This document shows, in pieces, positions 26,866 to 42,102 of a DNA stretch of 64,000 bases. This DNA comes from Eledone cirrhosa (lineage: Eukaryota). Positions within the stretch are counted from its first letter, which is position 1. Every line of letters begins with the position of its first letter. The notes beneath the pieces are model-generated. The model saw only the letters and a program-made list of their open reading frames with translations, did not search any database and was not told where the DNA came from. The stretch covers positions 329,592,001 to 329,656,000 of the forward strand of contig OZ024741.1 of NCBI GenBank assembly GCA_964016885.1. Direction: 5' to 3'. Made by a program: the position numbers and the translations under genes.

Positions 26866-28421
26866 TGTATCTTTAAAAAAAATAATAATAATCCATTCTG
26901 AAGTTGAAAAATTCAAGGAAACTTCTTTACACATAAGAAAAATTTGGTGCTCTTTAGTAAAAAGACTAAATACACCATAAATCCCCGAGGAATTAATATA
27001 TACTGTTTCTATGGTGATGTACAAGATATCAAAAAGGTTCAGAAAAAAGTAAAATTTTCATAGGTTAATAAAGCTAATGAAGATGAAATGATAATGATTA
27101 TGACGATGATGATTATCATGATGACAGATGATGTCCCATTGACATAAGAAGGTTAAAAATAAAAATTAGAAAATAAAAATGCTGCTGTTTAGTGTTCATG
27201 TTGATGAAAAATATATTCTAAAAAATGTTGTTAATTAATCCCCCACCCCAAACACCCAAAATAAAAAAAGAACAAAAAAGCCCCCCCACACACACACACA
27301 CATAATCTCCCACTCCCACCATAATAAACACACACACTAAAAGTAAAATAAAATAAAACGTCACTCAATGATGTAAAGAAAAAATATAATAAAACAAAAA
27401 ATAAAAAGGAACAATCTGGAAGTAGTTGAAATGACTTTTCTTGTTGTCGCCACTGCTGCTACTGTTGTTGTAGTTGTCACTGTTAATGTTATTGCCGCTG
27501 TTATTGTTGTTGTTGTTGTTGGTGGGGTTACTGTTGTCGTTATTGCCACTGCTTTGTTGTTATTATCACTGTTGTTACTGTTGTTATTTGTAGAGGTGGT
27601 GATGGTGTGGTTTACATGGAAAAGAAACCAACACAGCCAGTCACTCAGCCAGCTTTCTGTTCGTTTGTGTCTTAAAAGATAATGTTGAGGTGTGTTTATT
27701 GGTTTAATGGTTTGTTAGTTTAATGGTTTGTTAGTTTAATGGTTTATTGGTTTAATGGTTTGTTGGTTTTCATGTCTGAGGTGATGTTTGCCCTGTTTGC
27801 ACTTCATTTGTTTTTCCTCTTACAAAAAGTTCAGAATAGTAGCGAGGGGGAGAAAGAAAAGAATGAGAAAAAGAAAGATGAATGTGTATATATATATATA
27901 TATATACACATACATACATGCACACACACACACACATATATGTATACACATACATACACATGTATACACACATACACACATACATACTAATAGACAGATA
28001 TGTAAATATGGTCTACTAGACAGGATAGAGAGAGAGGACTCAATATATTTGGAAATTGAGAGAGACAGGGAGAGAAAGAGGGGAGGTTCACAAATGTGAA
28101 GAGGTGTCAAGGTCAGAAAAATCAAAATAGAAACAAGACTGAGAAGGATAGGAAGAGAGTAACTGAAAATGGGAAAGACAGAAAAGACAAAAGTTTTTTT
28201 GTTTATTTGTTAACCCCTAAAAGTGCATGATAGTGATGATGATAATGGTTATGTATATAATTGTCAGGTGATGTTGTGGCTGTAATGTGTTGCATAAAAA
28301 AAAAAAGGTTTCTTCGGTCAGCCATGATGGAATTGCCATATCTTTTACATACATAGATATGTATAATTATATATATATAATAACTAACAAATAGTTTACC
28401 GCTCTACATGGCTGAATACAA

Positions 28422-28616
28422 TAAATGTAATCTGAGATTTTCGAATATTAATAATAATATTTGATTCGTTTGCAATTATGCAAACAGTCTCTTTTTTAAG
28501 CCATGTCAAGACAAGAGCAAGAATGACGGGGTCATTCTACTGACATGGCTTAAAAAGAGGGTGTTTGCAAACCAATCGAATATTATTACTAATATTCGAA
28601 AAACTCAGATTGCATT

Positions 28617-28618
<2 letters not shown>
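28422..28618. repeat. ~200-bp imperfect fold-back embedded in (TA)n
   Basis: Outer arms taaatgtaatctgag..gtttgcaa / ttgcaaac..ctcagattgcattta. Inner arms aagccatgtca / tgacatggctt. Central hairpin agaatgac-ggg-gtcattct (28520-28538). Confidence 0.85.
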
Positions 28619-28664
<46 letters not shown>

Positions 28665-28717
28665 ATATCATCATCATCATCATCATATATATATATATTA
28701 TATATATCATCATCATC

Positions 28718-28792
<75 letters not shown>

Positions 28793-29038
28793 TAAGGATC
28801 GATCGACTTTCGTCAAATCGGACCGAGGGAACAATGTTTCCGTTGGTCTTTCCAATTGCTAATACTATCTATCGGTCGCAACTCCTGGTAGAAGGAGCAA
28901 CGTGAAATAAAGTGTCTTGCTCAAGGACATAACGCATCGCCTGGTCCAGGAATCGAACTCACAACCTTACGATTGCGAAACCAATTCTCTAACCACTCAG
29001 CCACACGCCTTCACATATATATATATATATTATATATA

Positions 29039-29134
<96 letters not shown>

Positions 29135-29199
29135 ATATATATTATATATATATATATATTATATATTTATTATATATATATATATATATATTATATATT

Positions 29200-29239
<40 letters not shown>

Positions 29240-29302
29240 TATATTTATATATATATATTATATATATATATATTTATTATATTTATATATATATATTATA
29301 TA

Positions 29303-29431
<129 letters not shown>

Positions 29432-29439
29432 TTATTATA

Positions 29440-29487
<48 letters not shown>

Positions 29488-29691
29488 TATATATATATAT
29501 ATAATTCACAAGAATCAAAGCTATGTTTAAAACATTTATTCACAACTGCTCTGTAGAACAACTGATGTTCTTACATTGAGCTATTTATCTTACTGGTAAT
29601 AAGGTAGTAATAAATTACTGAACTTCCCTATTTATTGTTTAAAATATACATAACTATAAATAGTATCCTTAATATTATATATATATATATG

Positions 29692-29722
<31 letters not shown>

Positions 29723-29932
29723 TTATATAAATATATATTTATACATATATATATATATTTATACAAATATATATATTTATATAAATATATATATATAGCC
29801 GCTGAAACGGCTTGAGCTTTGCCGTCGGGGTCATACTTTTTCCTATTACCCACTCTACTACCCTAAGTATTGAGTACTCTGGTGTGTTATGGTCAATCTG
29901 GTTCCTTACCACAACTCCTTCGTTATATTTAT

Positions 29933-30426
29933 CTGGGACGATTTGATAAATTCTGACCTTACACACTTACACCTCCCCAAGACAATGTCACTGGACCGAG
30001 ATCTTTGGCGCTACGCAGTAATACAGAAGACCCGCCTTGCCTAAGTAAAAAAGCGAAACCTACAGTCAGTAGGCACCTCCTAACCAAAAATACACCCCCA
30101 CCCACTACCCTTACCCCCACCCCCATCTGCACATAAAGTTATGTTGGTGCCACGACATCCAGTCCTAAATAAATGAGGTTGTGTAGGTGTCACGACAAAA
30201 AAACACAAGCTGTAATGTGGCCATGTAGGTAACACGGTAAAAACCTCCCAGTCCACACTGTAAACGTGGTTGGTGTTAGGAAGGGCATCCAGCCGTAGAA
30301 AAATCCGCCAGACAGTCCTATACAAGCAAGACAACCAATCTTGCCTCACGTGGGACAATTCCCGTCTAAACCCATGCTAGCGTGGAAGATAGATGTTAAA
30401 CAACGATGATAATGACAATGATGATA
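29933..30426 (+). mobile_element. 5'-truncated copy of the RTE LINE at 48484-50213 (ORF end, 3' UTR with one repeat unit, GAT tail)
   Basis: tgggacgatttgataaattctgacc..gtcactggaccgaga..gaagacccg matches 49373-49480, and the downstream UTR is colinear. Confidence 0.85.
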
Positions 30427-30526
30427 TATATTTATTTATATAAATATATCTATATAAATATATATATATAAATAAATATATATACATATATATATATATA
30501 CATATATATATAAACATATATATATA

Positions 30527-30698
<172 letters not shown>

Positions 30699-30763
30699 AA
30701 TATATATATATAAATAAATATATATATATATATAAATATATATATATAAATAAATATATATAC

Positions 30764-30802
<39 letters not shown>

Positions 30803-30906
30803 AACATATATATATATATATAATATATATATATATATAAACATATATATATATATATAATATATATATATATATAAACATATATATATATATATATATA
30901 TATAAA

Positions 30907-30975
<69 letters not shown>

Positions 30976-31366
30976 ATATATATATATATATATATATAAA
31001 CATACATATATATATATATATAGATATATATAAACATATATATATATATATATATATATATAAACATACATATATATATATATATAGATATATGTAAACA
31101 TATATATATATATATATATATAGATATATATAAACATATATATATATATATATAGATAGATATAAACATATATATATATATAAACATACATATATATATA
31201 TATATATATATAGATAGATATAAACATATATATATAGATATATATAAACATATATATATATATATATATAGATAGATATAAACATATATATATAGATATA
31301 TATAAACATATATATATATATATATATATATAGATATATATAAACATATATATATATATATATATA

Positions 31367-31452
<86 letters not shown>

Positions 31453-31663
31453 TATATATAAACATATATATATATATATATATATATAGGAAGGGCATCC
31501 AGCTGTAGAAATCAAGCCAGATCAGTTCCTGTATGAGCAAGGCATGGTCAGCCGACCAGACACTGCCCACAACAGGACAACCCATCTAACCCATGCTAGC
31601 GTGGAAGAACGGACGTAAAACGGTGATGATGATGATATATATATATGTATGTTTATATATATC

Positions 31664-31712
<49 letters not shown>

Positions 31713-31753
31713 ATAGGTATGTTTATATATAAACATATATATAAACATATATA

Positions 31754-31830
<77 letters not shown>

Positions 31831-31985
31831 AATATAGATATATATATATACATATATATTTATATAAATATATATACATTTATATATATATATATATATA
31901 TATATCAATATAATTAATTATATATATATATATATATATATATCAATATATAAATATATATATCGATATATAAATATATATATCA

Positions 31986-32030
<45 letters not shown>

Positions 32031-32112
32031 AATATATATACAATAAATGTGAAGACTAAAATCTGAAGAGGGCTCGATAAGGATTATATATATATATAAA
32101 CCCGTAGAGGAA

Positions 32113-32227
32113 ATATTTATTATAAGAACAGATTAAATTCCCCCTTAACGGGATCTTCTGAGTTTCAGAAGGTCCCGTTAAAGGTGAAAGCAGCGATTCT
32201 TTGCCTAAACTTTAATCTGTTCTTATA

Positions 32228-32235
<8 letters not shown>
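32113..32235. repeat. Nested inverted repeat within (TA)n
   Basis: Perfect 25-bp outer IR (32113-32137 / 32211-32235) and 17-bp inner IR with one G-T pair (32145-32161 / 32165-32181) around a 3-nt loop. The right arm recurs at ~37265-37335. Confidence 0.85.
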
Positions 32236-32284
<49 letters not shown>

Positions 32285-33177
32285 AGAGAGCCTGTGTATG
32301 TATATGTGTATGTAGATATAAACACACACACATATACAGCAGTGACAACGATGACAACAACGGCAACAAGGTAAAGTTGATGAACTATATTGCAGCTGTG
32401 GTGGTGACAATGACCATGGGGTTAGGGAAGGTGGTGGTGGTGGGTTGTGATGGCATGATAGTGATGATTATTGTCCAGGAGTGCTGCAACCAAATATTAA
32501 CAACCACAACCACAACAACAATGATAATAATAATAATAATAATGATTAAAATAATAAAACAAATAAAAAAAGCAGCATTCCCTCCCCTCCCTCTCACCAC
32601 CAACAACAACAACAGTAACTGCTGCAATTGTTGTTGTTTTCAGATAAGAGAGAGGAAACATTTGTTAGCTGAAACTTAAAAGATCAATATATTAAAAAAA
32701 AAAACATTAGACAGAGACGCCGGACGGTATTTTGTTTTGTTTTTTTTTGTTGGATGTTTTTTGTTGTTGTTGTTTCTTGGATTCTTTCCAGTCTTTTTTT
32801 TTCTGTTTATTTGTTTTTCTTTGATTCAATATTTTTTTTTTTTTTTGTGTAATTTGTGAATGTTGCTTTTGTGAAGAAAAAAAAAAATTTGTTTTGATTT
32901 GGGGGTATTGTTCTTGTAATTCCATTATTATTATTAGTTTTTTTAATTTCTTTTTTTGTTTTGTTTTTGGTTTGTCTGAATTACACCCCACCACCTACCC
33001 TTGCAGGAAGAAAGGGAAGTTTTGTCCAATTTATTATTTTTTTTTGCTTTTCATTATTTGTGATTGTTGTAAAACTACTGTGATTTGTATAAAAATGTAA
33101 AAAAAAAAAAAAAGAAAAAAAAAAAGAATAGAAAATTTAAACAGAAGAGAGTGAGAAAGAGTGAAGAGAGTGAGACA

Positions 33178-33882
33178 CTATAATGAAATATAGTCCAAGT
33201 TGGTGCCATACTGCAAGGCCGTCTGGAAATCTTCAGCAGAATCAGGGTACTCACATTTAATTTGACCCACCGTATAACAAGGCAGCGTGTTATTTGTTGT
33301 CCCTACCGCACAGCCAGCAGCATTCCATGTCGTCGCTACCGGCAACCCTCCAGCCCACACATAGCTGTTCTCCAGCCGGTATGAACCGGTTGTGGTGACA
33401 ATGCCCAACGGGGCGGATGTAATCATCGTTGTTGTCTGCAACCCCTGTTGTTGTTGCTGCTGCTGCTGCTGCTGTTGTTGTTGTGGTTGTTGCTGTTGGT
33501 TACCCGATGCTACAATCTGGTGGTGCAGACAGGAAGCATTGGTCGCCAAGTTAGCAGCGTTGGAATTTACGTTACCGGCAGTAACCACTGCGGTTGTGGA
33601 CTGCTGCTGTTGTTGTTGCTGCTGTGTCGTAAGGCTAGGCAGTGGTGTGGTGAGCTGCAACGCGAGGGAGGCGGCTGGTAGGAGAGTAGTACCTGTGGGG
33701 GTAAGATTCTGCTGATTGTGCAGCTCGTTGTGTGAGTGTGCATGAGTGCTACGGTGTTTCTCGAGATGCGCTCGCTGAGAGAACTCCTTGCCACAAACTG
33801 TACACTTGTGTTGTTTCTCGCCTGCATGGGTGCGCTCGTGTTTGTTCAGATGGTCTTTCCGTGAAAAAGCTTTCTTACATAT
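33178..33882 (-). CDS. C2H2 zinc-finger protein, terminal coding exon (end of finger 5, finger 6, polyQ/Thr-rich C-terminus)
   Basis: Acceptor ctctcttttcAG at 33884-33883, then 705 nt open: [47 protein letters not shown]...QQQ...TNLDYISL*. It is in frame with track ORF 33178-33660. Confidence 0.92.
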   Translation of the reverse strand: MCKKAFSRKDHLNKHERTHAGEKQHKCTVCGKEFSQRAHLEKHRSTHAHSHNELHNQQNLTPTGTTLLPAASLALQLTTPLPSLTTQQQQQQQQSTTAVVTAGNVNSNAANLATNASCLHHQIVASGNQQQQPQQQQQQQQQQQQQGLQTTTMITSAPLGIVTTTGSYRLENSYVWAGGLPVATTWNAAGCAVGTTNNTLPCYTVGQIKCEYPDSAEDFQTALQYGTNLDYISL

Positions 33883-34509
33883 CTGAAAAGAGAGATGAAA
33901 ATATATATATATAACAAATATTATAGATATATAAAAAAAAAATGTTTATAACCAGAAATACATTTGCTGTGCCAAGCCAGGCTATGGACCTTAAACTCCT
34001 GATGAAGTCTTAAGAGCACCTACATGATATATAGTGCATTTTAAGGGATCTAGCCAGATCAATTGGAGACAGTTGCTTCTGATAGGGCACTCCATGTGCA
34101 TCCCAGGAATAAGTGAGGAGTAGAAGGAGGAGGAAGAATAATATCTGTAACTAAACCCAACTTAATTGCCTTAAACCCCCACCAAATGTAAACGAAACAC
34201 ACAAACAGATACATATTACCTCATTCACCAGACTGATCAAGACAGTTCAAGGAAGAGTTAAATTACACACATCCTTTTAAACTATATCCCAGCAAGACCT
34301 GAACCAATTACTGGTATGGGGGTGACACATGCCATCCAGCTATTGCAGTCATATTACATGGTTTCTATACAATAACAATATATATTGTAATTATACATAT
34401 AAACATTTGGCACAAGGCTAGCAATTTGAAGGAGAGGACAAAGTTGATTAAAACTATCCCAATGCGTTGCTAGTACCTTATTTTATCAACTCCACATATT
34501 ATAATTATA

Positions 34510-34630
34510 CAGAGTCTGCCAATAAAATGGATACACACTTCAGGAAAAAATATATATTCATTAAATTATTCAACAAAAGTGCATTTCTTGCATCAAGATA
34601 TCTCAACATTGGAACTTTATCTTTTGTGTA

Positions 34631-34715
<85 letters not shown>

Positions 34716-34778
34716 ACAAGTTAAATATTTATATAAGTTTTTCTTTTCCTGAAGTGTGTATACATTTTTTTGGCACAC
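34510..34778. mobile_element. Tc1/mariner-type MITE containing (GA)n
   Basis: TA|CAGAGTCTGCCAATAAAATGGATACACACTTCAGGAAAA and the inverted copy TTTTCCTGAAGTGTGTATACATTTTTTTGGCA. The right tip is eroded. Confidence 0.65.
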
Positions 34779-36939
34779 ATTCGACCTAATCCATCACCTA
34801 GTTTACACACACACACAATGAATATTTATGCACAACACAGCATGAAAAACATTCAATTAATCTCTGAGTTAATCTAATGATGGCCTACCATCTTGTCCAA
34901 CCCATGCCGATATGGATAAATCTACATAAAACCAATGATGATGATGATGACACCTTTTATTTTTTTGTACATTTGTTTTGTTTGCTAACATAGTATTCCT
35001 TTGATTTAGTCTATCTGGTACTTATTTTACTAATCTTTTTTTCTAAAACAGCTATATTATATGACATAAAAAGACAGAAATGTAAACACACACACACATT
35101 CCGTCCACCAAATTATACTCACAAAGCATTGGTCAACCCAAGGTTATAGTAGAAGATATTTGCCCATGGAACTATGTGCAGCATGACCAAACCTAGAACC
35201 ACACGGTTGCAAAACAAACGTCTTAACCACACAGCCATGTTTGCAAGTATGTTCATTTATTCATTCATCATCATCATCATTTTTACATCTGTTTTTTCAC
35301 ACTTGCATGGGTTGGATGGGTTCCTTTCAATACAGCATCTCTCCACGTGTCATGTTCCATTGTGATTTCCGTGAGCTTTAGTGATTTGACATCAGTTCAC
35401 CACTTCCCCTACTGGGATTACTTGGCACATCTTTACCCAGTGATCATCACCCATATGCATCAGATGTCCATACCAATGCAGTCTCCTCTCTTACACACTA
35501 CATCTGATTTTTCTTATATTCAGTTTTTCTTTCAGTTCATCCAAGCTCCGCTGTTCTCTTACATTAACAATTCACATCTATTGAAGCATACTTGCTTCAT
35601 TTCTCTCCAACCTGCATACATCCTCTGCAGTCACTGCTCATGTTTCAGAACCATGCAGCATAGCACTTTCTTCGCACACAGGCAGCATACAGCCGAGCGT
35701 TCATTCTTACAAACATATATAAATAAAGCACACTTATATATGTGCATGTGTATGTATGAGTGTGTGTGTGCAAGTATGTGAAATATGCTCAAGTCTCTTT
35801 GGAGTATTTCACAAGTATTTCATAAGTAGACCAATTTAAGCCATTAAGCCATTCATTCACAATAGCCCCACTAGCACCACAACCATCACATCACCATTAT
35901 TGCTGGATTTATCATCTCATCAGATCACATATTCCTTCTCAAGTAGATTAAACATTCATTGACAACAGTTCATCCACTTTATATCACTTACTTCAGTATC
36001 TTTTTTTAATCAGAAGTGTTTATAATAGAAAACAGTACTATGTTTTAATATGTCTGCAGAATGCAGAAATGTTTAACCCATTTGATATTGCCTGAAACCA
36101 CTCCTGGTTTTAATGATATTGATCGATTGAATCAATTGACAAGATCCAAGAAGTCATTCGCTTACCGAGTAGGGTGGAACTTGTCAAATTGGAGCAAGAA
36201 AACAATGTTTTCAGCAATCTTTCCAATTGGTGATACTATACTGGCAGAAAGAGCAATGTGAACTAAAGTGTCTTGCTCAAGAACATAACGCACCACCCAG
36301 TCCAGGAATCGAACTCGCAATTTCACAATTGCAAATCCAATTCTCTAACCACTAAGCCACGCGCTTTCATGATATATAGCATTCCATTTTTAAATGTTCA
36401 TATTTATATCAAAACCTCCCATCTCAACTTTATTTCAGAAGTTTTTGTTAAGTTATGTTCCAAATATGGTAACAGAAATGGGACTAATGATTTTTTGACA
36501 AATTTCCAAGTAGAAATGAAAGATACAGGCATGGCTATATAGTTAAGAAGTTTTCTTTCAGCCGTGTGGTTTGATACCACACCAGAGCACATAGGACGAG
36601 TGTCTTTTACTATGCTCTTGGGTTAATCAAAGCCTTGTGAGTGAAATTTGTTAGACAGAAACTGTTCAGAAGCCCATCACGTTGGGCAAGTTGTCACATT
36701 GAGACTTGGTAATCTGACCTGTCTGAGAATGTGACGACCAATCCATAACTGCATTGAAAACTAGCATAAAACAGTGTTATGTGTGTGCTTGTGTGTGTAC
36801 TTCAATGGAAAAAGAAGGCTGGATTCCAAATATACCTTTAATGCTGAAAATCAAGATACATATTTCTATGGGCGACAGGCCCATATCATCAGATCATGAC
36901 GTAAAACATCTGCCAGCGTCTTTAGGTGTAAATCACATA

Positions 36940-37888
36940 TCTATATATCTAAAACAGAGAATGTCTGTCTGTCTATCTGTCTGACTCCCTAAAACTCGAG
37001 AACCATCCAACTGATTTTTTTCAAACTGGCCGTGTGAGTGTTTTGGGCAAAAATTTCAAATTTTCGATGCCCTAGGGACCACATTAGGCGCCGAAAGTTG
37101 CGCCCTTTTAATATCTGTCTGTCTGCATTACGACATTATGACACTATCTGTGTGTGTGTGTGTGTGTGTATATATATGTATATATAGTGTGTGTATATAT
37201 ATATATATATAATGTGTAACGTTTTTCGAAATATTTACTTCTGCGTTCACAGATTGATATTTTTAGTTTCAGAAAATCTCGTTAAGGGTGAAAGCAGCGA
37301 TTCTTTGCTTAAACTTTAATCTGTTATTTTAATATATATATATAATTATATATTCGTGTACAGATATTTTTGCATACACAAAAACAAAATATAAACAGCA
37401 GCAAAAACAACAACAAAAAAGAGAGGGAACGCAATTACATGCTTTTGAAAAATTGTAATGGAAAATTATTTGCCTATTCACCCAAGGCGACTTCACTTTT
37501 CATTAGGACTTCTGCATCAATTGTGAACATATGATGAAACATTGAAAGGAGTAAGACAACACCACTCTACACCACTGCAGTACCACATGCTTTCTGCTCT
37601 GTAACTATTGCTTTCAATGTACCATAGCACAACAATACATGTTCGGTTTGTTGAATGCCTTTTTACTTAACCCTATCGTCTTGACTTTCGTGGGTTGAAC
37701 ATTTTACTCTCAGGCACCCAATTAAGTTAAACCCCTGGTAATCTACGACAAATTTTTTTTATAAGCACAAAATGTAGACACCATCTCCATGCCAAGGTAT
37801 TCCGTACTTCTCTGTACTGTTTCAGTAGGAGGGATAAACATGCCAATCTATGTTTAGAATCCCAAGCAACACCGGGTTATTCTGCTAA
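36940..37888 (+). mobile_element. Non-autonomous Helitron, same family as 1933-2768, different interior
   Basis: A|TCTATA start, shared 5' block (ctcgagaacca.ccaac.gattttttt) and a shared ~300-bp 3' block ending cccaagcaacaccggg..CTAA|T. Confidence 0.8.
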
Positions 37889-38079
37889 TATTTAAAGGTA
37901 AAGTAATCAATTACTGGATTATGGCAAAATAGAAACAAATAATTTATATGAAGGCGGTCTATCGGTCAATGCGATCTCAGTGATAGACAGTCTCCATATC
38001 TATATGTATATATACAAAATGAAATGTTATGGCAGGGTTAATTTTACATAATTGTTTTATAGCATAATATATATTTTAA

Positions 38080-38772
38080 CTAGCTGAGGTACTCGGCTTC
38101 ACCCAGGAGAACAGTTAAGAGAAGATGGATAAAAGAGAAAACTATTGTATTGGGTGTGTTGTCTGGTATGAGGTGAGACTGTAATGTGTGTCTGTGAGAG
38201 ACATAAAAAACAATCATAAAACTTTCTTATTAGGCTAGGGGAGTAAAATGTCAATTAAACGGTAGCATTGGCCTTGGATTTTAAATGTGAAATAACCATA
38301 GTCAGTATGATCTTTTTCAACTCCAAAGGACGTCATCTGAAATACAGCAATATACCGCATAAACATTGCTTCTGAAGTGTTTAGATTCGTTAGTACGGTC
38401 TGTAAGTAGTGTATGGATAAAAGCTGGAGGGTAAATTAATTTCAAATAGTATCAATTTTTCTTTGTTCTGTAAACGAATTTAAAACGAATTTATAAAAGC
38501 TAACGCAATATTGTTAAACTTTCCTATAGACCAAAGGATCTGTAGTTTAAGCCGTTTCTAGACTTTCATGGGATGTTACTCTCTCTCTCTTTCTGAATAT
38601 CTAACACTTTAATTGTATCTCTCTCTGTATAACGGCCTATCTCTCTCTCTTTCTGCTTCTCTCTCTGAGTCTCTCTCTTTAGATGTGTGTGTATGTATTT
38701 GTGTGTGTGGTTTTCATGTGATTCAACCAACCAACCAACCAATAAACTGCTTTCTTTTATATTATATATAGA
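38080..38772 (-). mobile_element. Non-autonomous Helitron, second family
   Basis: Minus strand starts A|TCTATATATAATATAAAAG, carries (GGTT)n/(CA)n/(GA)n, and ends with a degenerate GC hairpin (ctgggtgaagccgag) then CTAG|T. Confidence 0.65.
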
Positions 38773-39229
38773 TGACATGGTTATGCAATGGTTCATTGCT
38801 AACCATGCCATTGAAATATATATTATGCAATAAAAGAATTATGTAAAAGTAACCCTGTCTCAACATTTCATACATGGAAACTCTGTCATACCCAATCACT
38901 ACATTTCGCAGTGGAACTACTGATGTGAAGTGCTTTTGGATTGCTTAAACCTGTTTTTCCTTGTGGTGTTACAACGTAATCTCCATGAATAAACACTCTT
39001 ATTATCTGCACTATATATCTCTCTCTCTCTATATATATATATACATAAATGTGTGTGTGTATGTGTACGTACATGTCTCTAAATTGTCATCACTTAAACT
39101 GTACCTTTCTATTTATATCCTGCTACTTAACAGTTCAACAAGTGAAGATCAGTGGAAGAACTATACTTAGAAATCAAGAAAGCATTACGCCATATAATAC
39201 CACTTTTAAAGCACTAAAGTTTACTTATA

Positions 39230-39540
39230 ATACAGCTCACACCTATGTAGGTTTAGCTGACCCCCTGCAAATTTGCATCTCATAGGAAGTTTCTCAGGTA
39301 TTTTAATGATACAGAGTCCCATGTTTTTGTAGTTACAGCTCAGACCTATGCAGGTTTAGCTGTTCCCTTTCGAGGTTGCATCTCATTGCTTTTCAGGTAT
39401 TTTAAGGACAAGAGCCCTAACCCTCCCATGTTTTTGTTGTTACAGCAAACACAACTATGTGGGTTTAGCTGGCCTCTTACGAGGTTGCATCTCAGGAGTT
39501 TTCTCAGAGGTGTTTTAATGACAAAGTGACAGAGTCCCCA
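39230..39540. repeat. Three degenerate ~105-bp tandem units
   Basis: tacagc..ac.c.tatg..ggtttagctg....ttgcatctca...tcaggtattttaa.ga..agag.ccc repeated. Confidence 0.75.
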
Positions 39541-40283
39541 GACCTACAATGAAAAACAACATGAAATGAAGAGTCCTGCTGTAGAATATAATGTGGCATC
39601 TGGTCCAGGAATTGAACCAACGACCTTATGACCAGGAGTCCAACACAAAGAGTAACACATGAATGGAACCCAGAGAAATATATTACTAGTTGCACTATAC
39701 CCTACAAAATAAGATATACACACACACACATATATATATGAATTTTCAGTGCAAAGGGTAGCTGGACACTATATGTAGAGTAAAAAGTCAGGTTAAGATA
39801 TAACCTCATATTGAACATAGGGTGGGAGAGAAATGAAGAAAGAGAGGGGTATAGAGAGAAGAGAAGGGAAGAGGAGAAAAGCGGGAATGAGATTGATGGA
39901 GCAGGACTTATGGAGGATTGGCGAAAAAGGATAAAAATGATGGAGAAAGGAAATTTAAATTCTGTTGTGTGGGCAAGACTTATTTATATACATAATCCTT
40001 TCTCTCTGCAAGAAACTATGTTAGTTAACTTTCTCCATAAGTCCTGCTACATTGATCTCATTCCCACTTTTCTCCTCTTCTTCTTTTCTATCTCTCTATA
40101 CTCCACTCATGCTTTAGACTCTCTTTCTTCATTTCTCACCCACTCTCCATTCAATATGAGGTTATATCTTAACCTGACTTTTTACTATACATATAGTGTC
40201 CAGCTGTTTACAGCTACTCTTCTGAGAATACTACAATTTTGTGAAAATTCATATAATCACTTCAAACCTTTTCAATTAATGTT

Positions 40284-40319
<36 letters not shown>

Positions 40320-41135
40320 CTAAAGAGAAAACAACCTTCAAAACTAGATGATTTATTAAGATAACATACTTAACCTTTTCATTTTTCTAATGAAAGACAC
40401 TGCCTTTGTTTTTAACCTTTTCATTACCATAATTCTAATGAAAGATACTGCGTATGATTTTCTAGCTTTCTCATTATTAAACTAGTGTTTAGAACATAAC
40501 CTTTTTGCTACCATTTTTCTAATGAAAGATACTGCCTATGATTTTCATAATATAACTAGGTTTCTCATTATTAAGCCGGTGTTTAGAACATAATTTAACC
40601 TTTACATTACCCTAGTTCTAATGAAATACATTGCCTATGATTTTAAAATCATTTTGAAACTAATCTAGAATTTGGAGGGATTTAACTAACTAGTTTTCTC
40701 ACTACTAAGCTGCTGTTTAGAACATAACTCAACAAAGGTTCTTATATGAAATAATTATGATGGAAGGTTTTTAGACATATATAAACATTTTAAAACAAAC
40801 AGTTTTGCATTGTAGAGCTGGAGAGGAGGGAGGTGTAGTTTGGTAAGGGTAGAATCAAAGAGTTATCAAACACACACAAACTGAACACTTACTAGAAACA
40901 ATAAAAACATTACAAGTATAAACATTGAGAAAGATAAGTGATTAAAAGACAAGCTAGTGTAATTTAAGAAGGTGGCAAATTGGTGGTGTTGGTGTATGTG
41001 AGAGAGAAAGAGGATTGGTTGCAATTGTCTGAGAGAGAGAGAGAATGTGTGAGAGAGGGAGGGGGAGATTGTTGTAATTGTCTGCAAAAGAAAGCAAGAG
41101 GGTGAAAGAGAGAGGAGGAATAGCTGCAATTCTCT

Positions 41136-41177
<42 letters not shown>

Positions 41178-42030
41178 TAATGCATGTCAAAAGAAATTAA
41201 TTTTTTTGTTTCTTAAGCAAACTATTTTTTTTTATCAGAAATGTTTAAATATTTCAGATATCAAATTTCAATTTTTTAAAAAAGAAATGTTTTGATTAGA
41301 GTTTAATTTTTACTTCCAGTACACTTGTACTTGAAATTTAAGTTTATAAAAAAATAAAACAAAAACCCATCAGATTTACAAATTTACTTAAAAACAGAAA
41401 AAAACACTAGAAACTTTCAGATTACACAATGAAAGGGTTAAACAACCCACTGAAATTTACAGCTAAATGTTTTCAAATAATTTTGAGAAGAATTTATAAT
41501 TTGGAAGAATTTAGTAATAAGACTAACTTTCTCATTATTAAGATTGGCAGTATAAGTAGAGTGTCAGACAACATGCTTTATGACATAGAGTTACGGCCCT
41601 TTACGCCCTGAGTTCAAATCAAACTAAGATTAGCTTTGCTTTTTGTCCTTGTGGGATCAATAAAATAAAGTACAAGTAATGCACCAGGGTCAATTTAATC
41701 GACTTTCTCAGAAACTGAAGCATATATATAGTATGCACCATCCTATGCCACCCTCCCATACATCCATGAGGACATCTAGTGAAGCCTAGCTCACACTGTA
41801 AAGTGGTCATGATGGCAACACAGCAAAAAGCACCCAGTCCACATTGTCAAATGGTTGGCATTTGGAAGAGCATCCAGCTGTTGAAACCAAGCCAAAGTCA
41901 GTTCCATGTGAGCAAGACATGGTCAACTGACCTGGCATTGCTCACAACAGGAAAACTCATCTAACCCATGCTAGCATGGAAAAATGGACTTTAAATGATG
42001 AAGATGATGATGATGATGATATATATATAT

Positions 42031-42102
<72 letters not shown>

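Noticed and set aside
33999-34110. CTGATGA possible hammerhead near the acceptor
   Set aside because: No GAAA core or closing stems I and III could be fitted.
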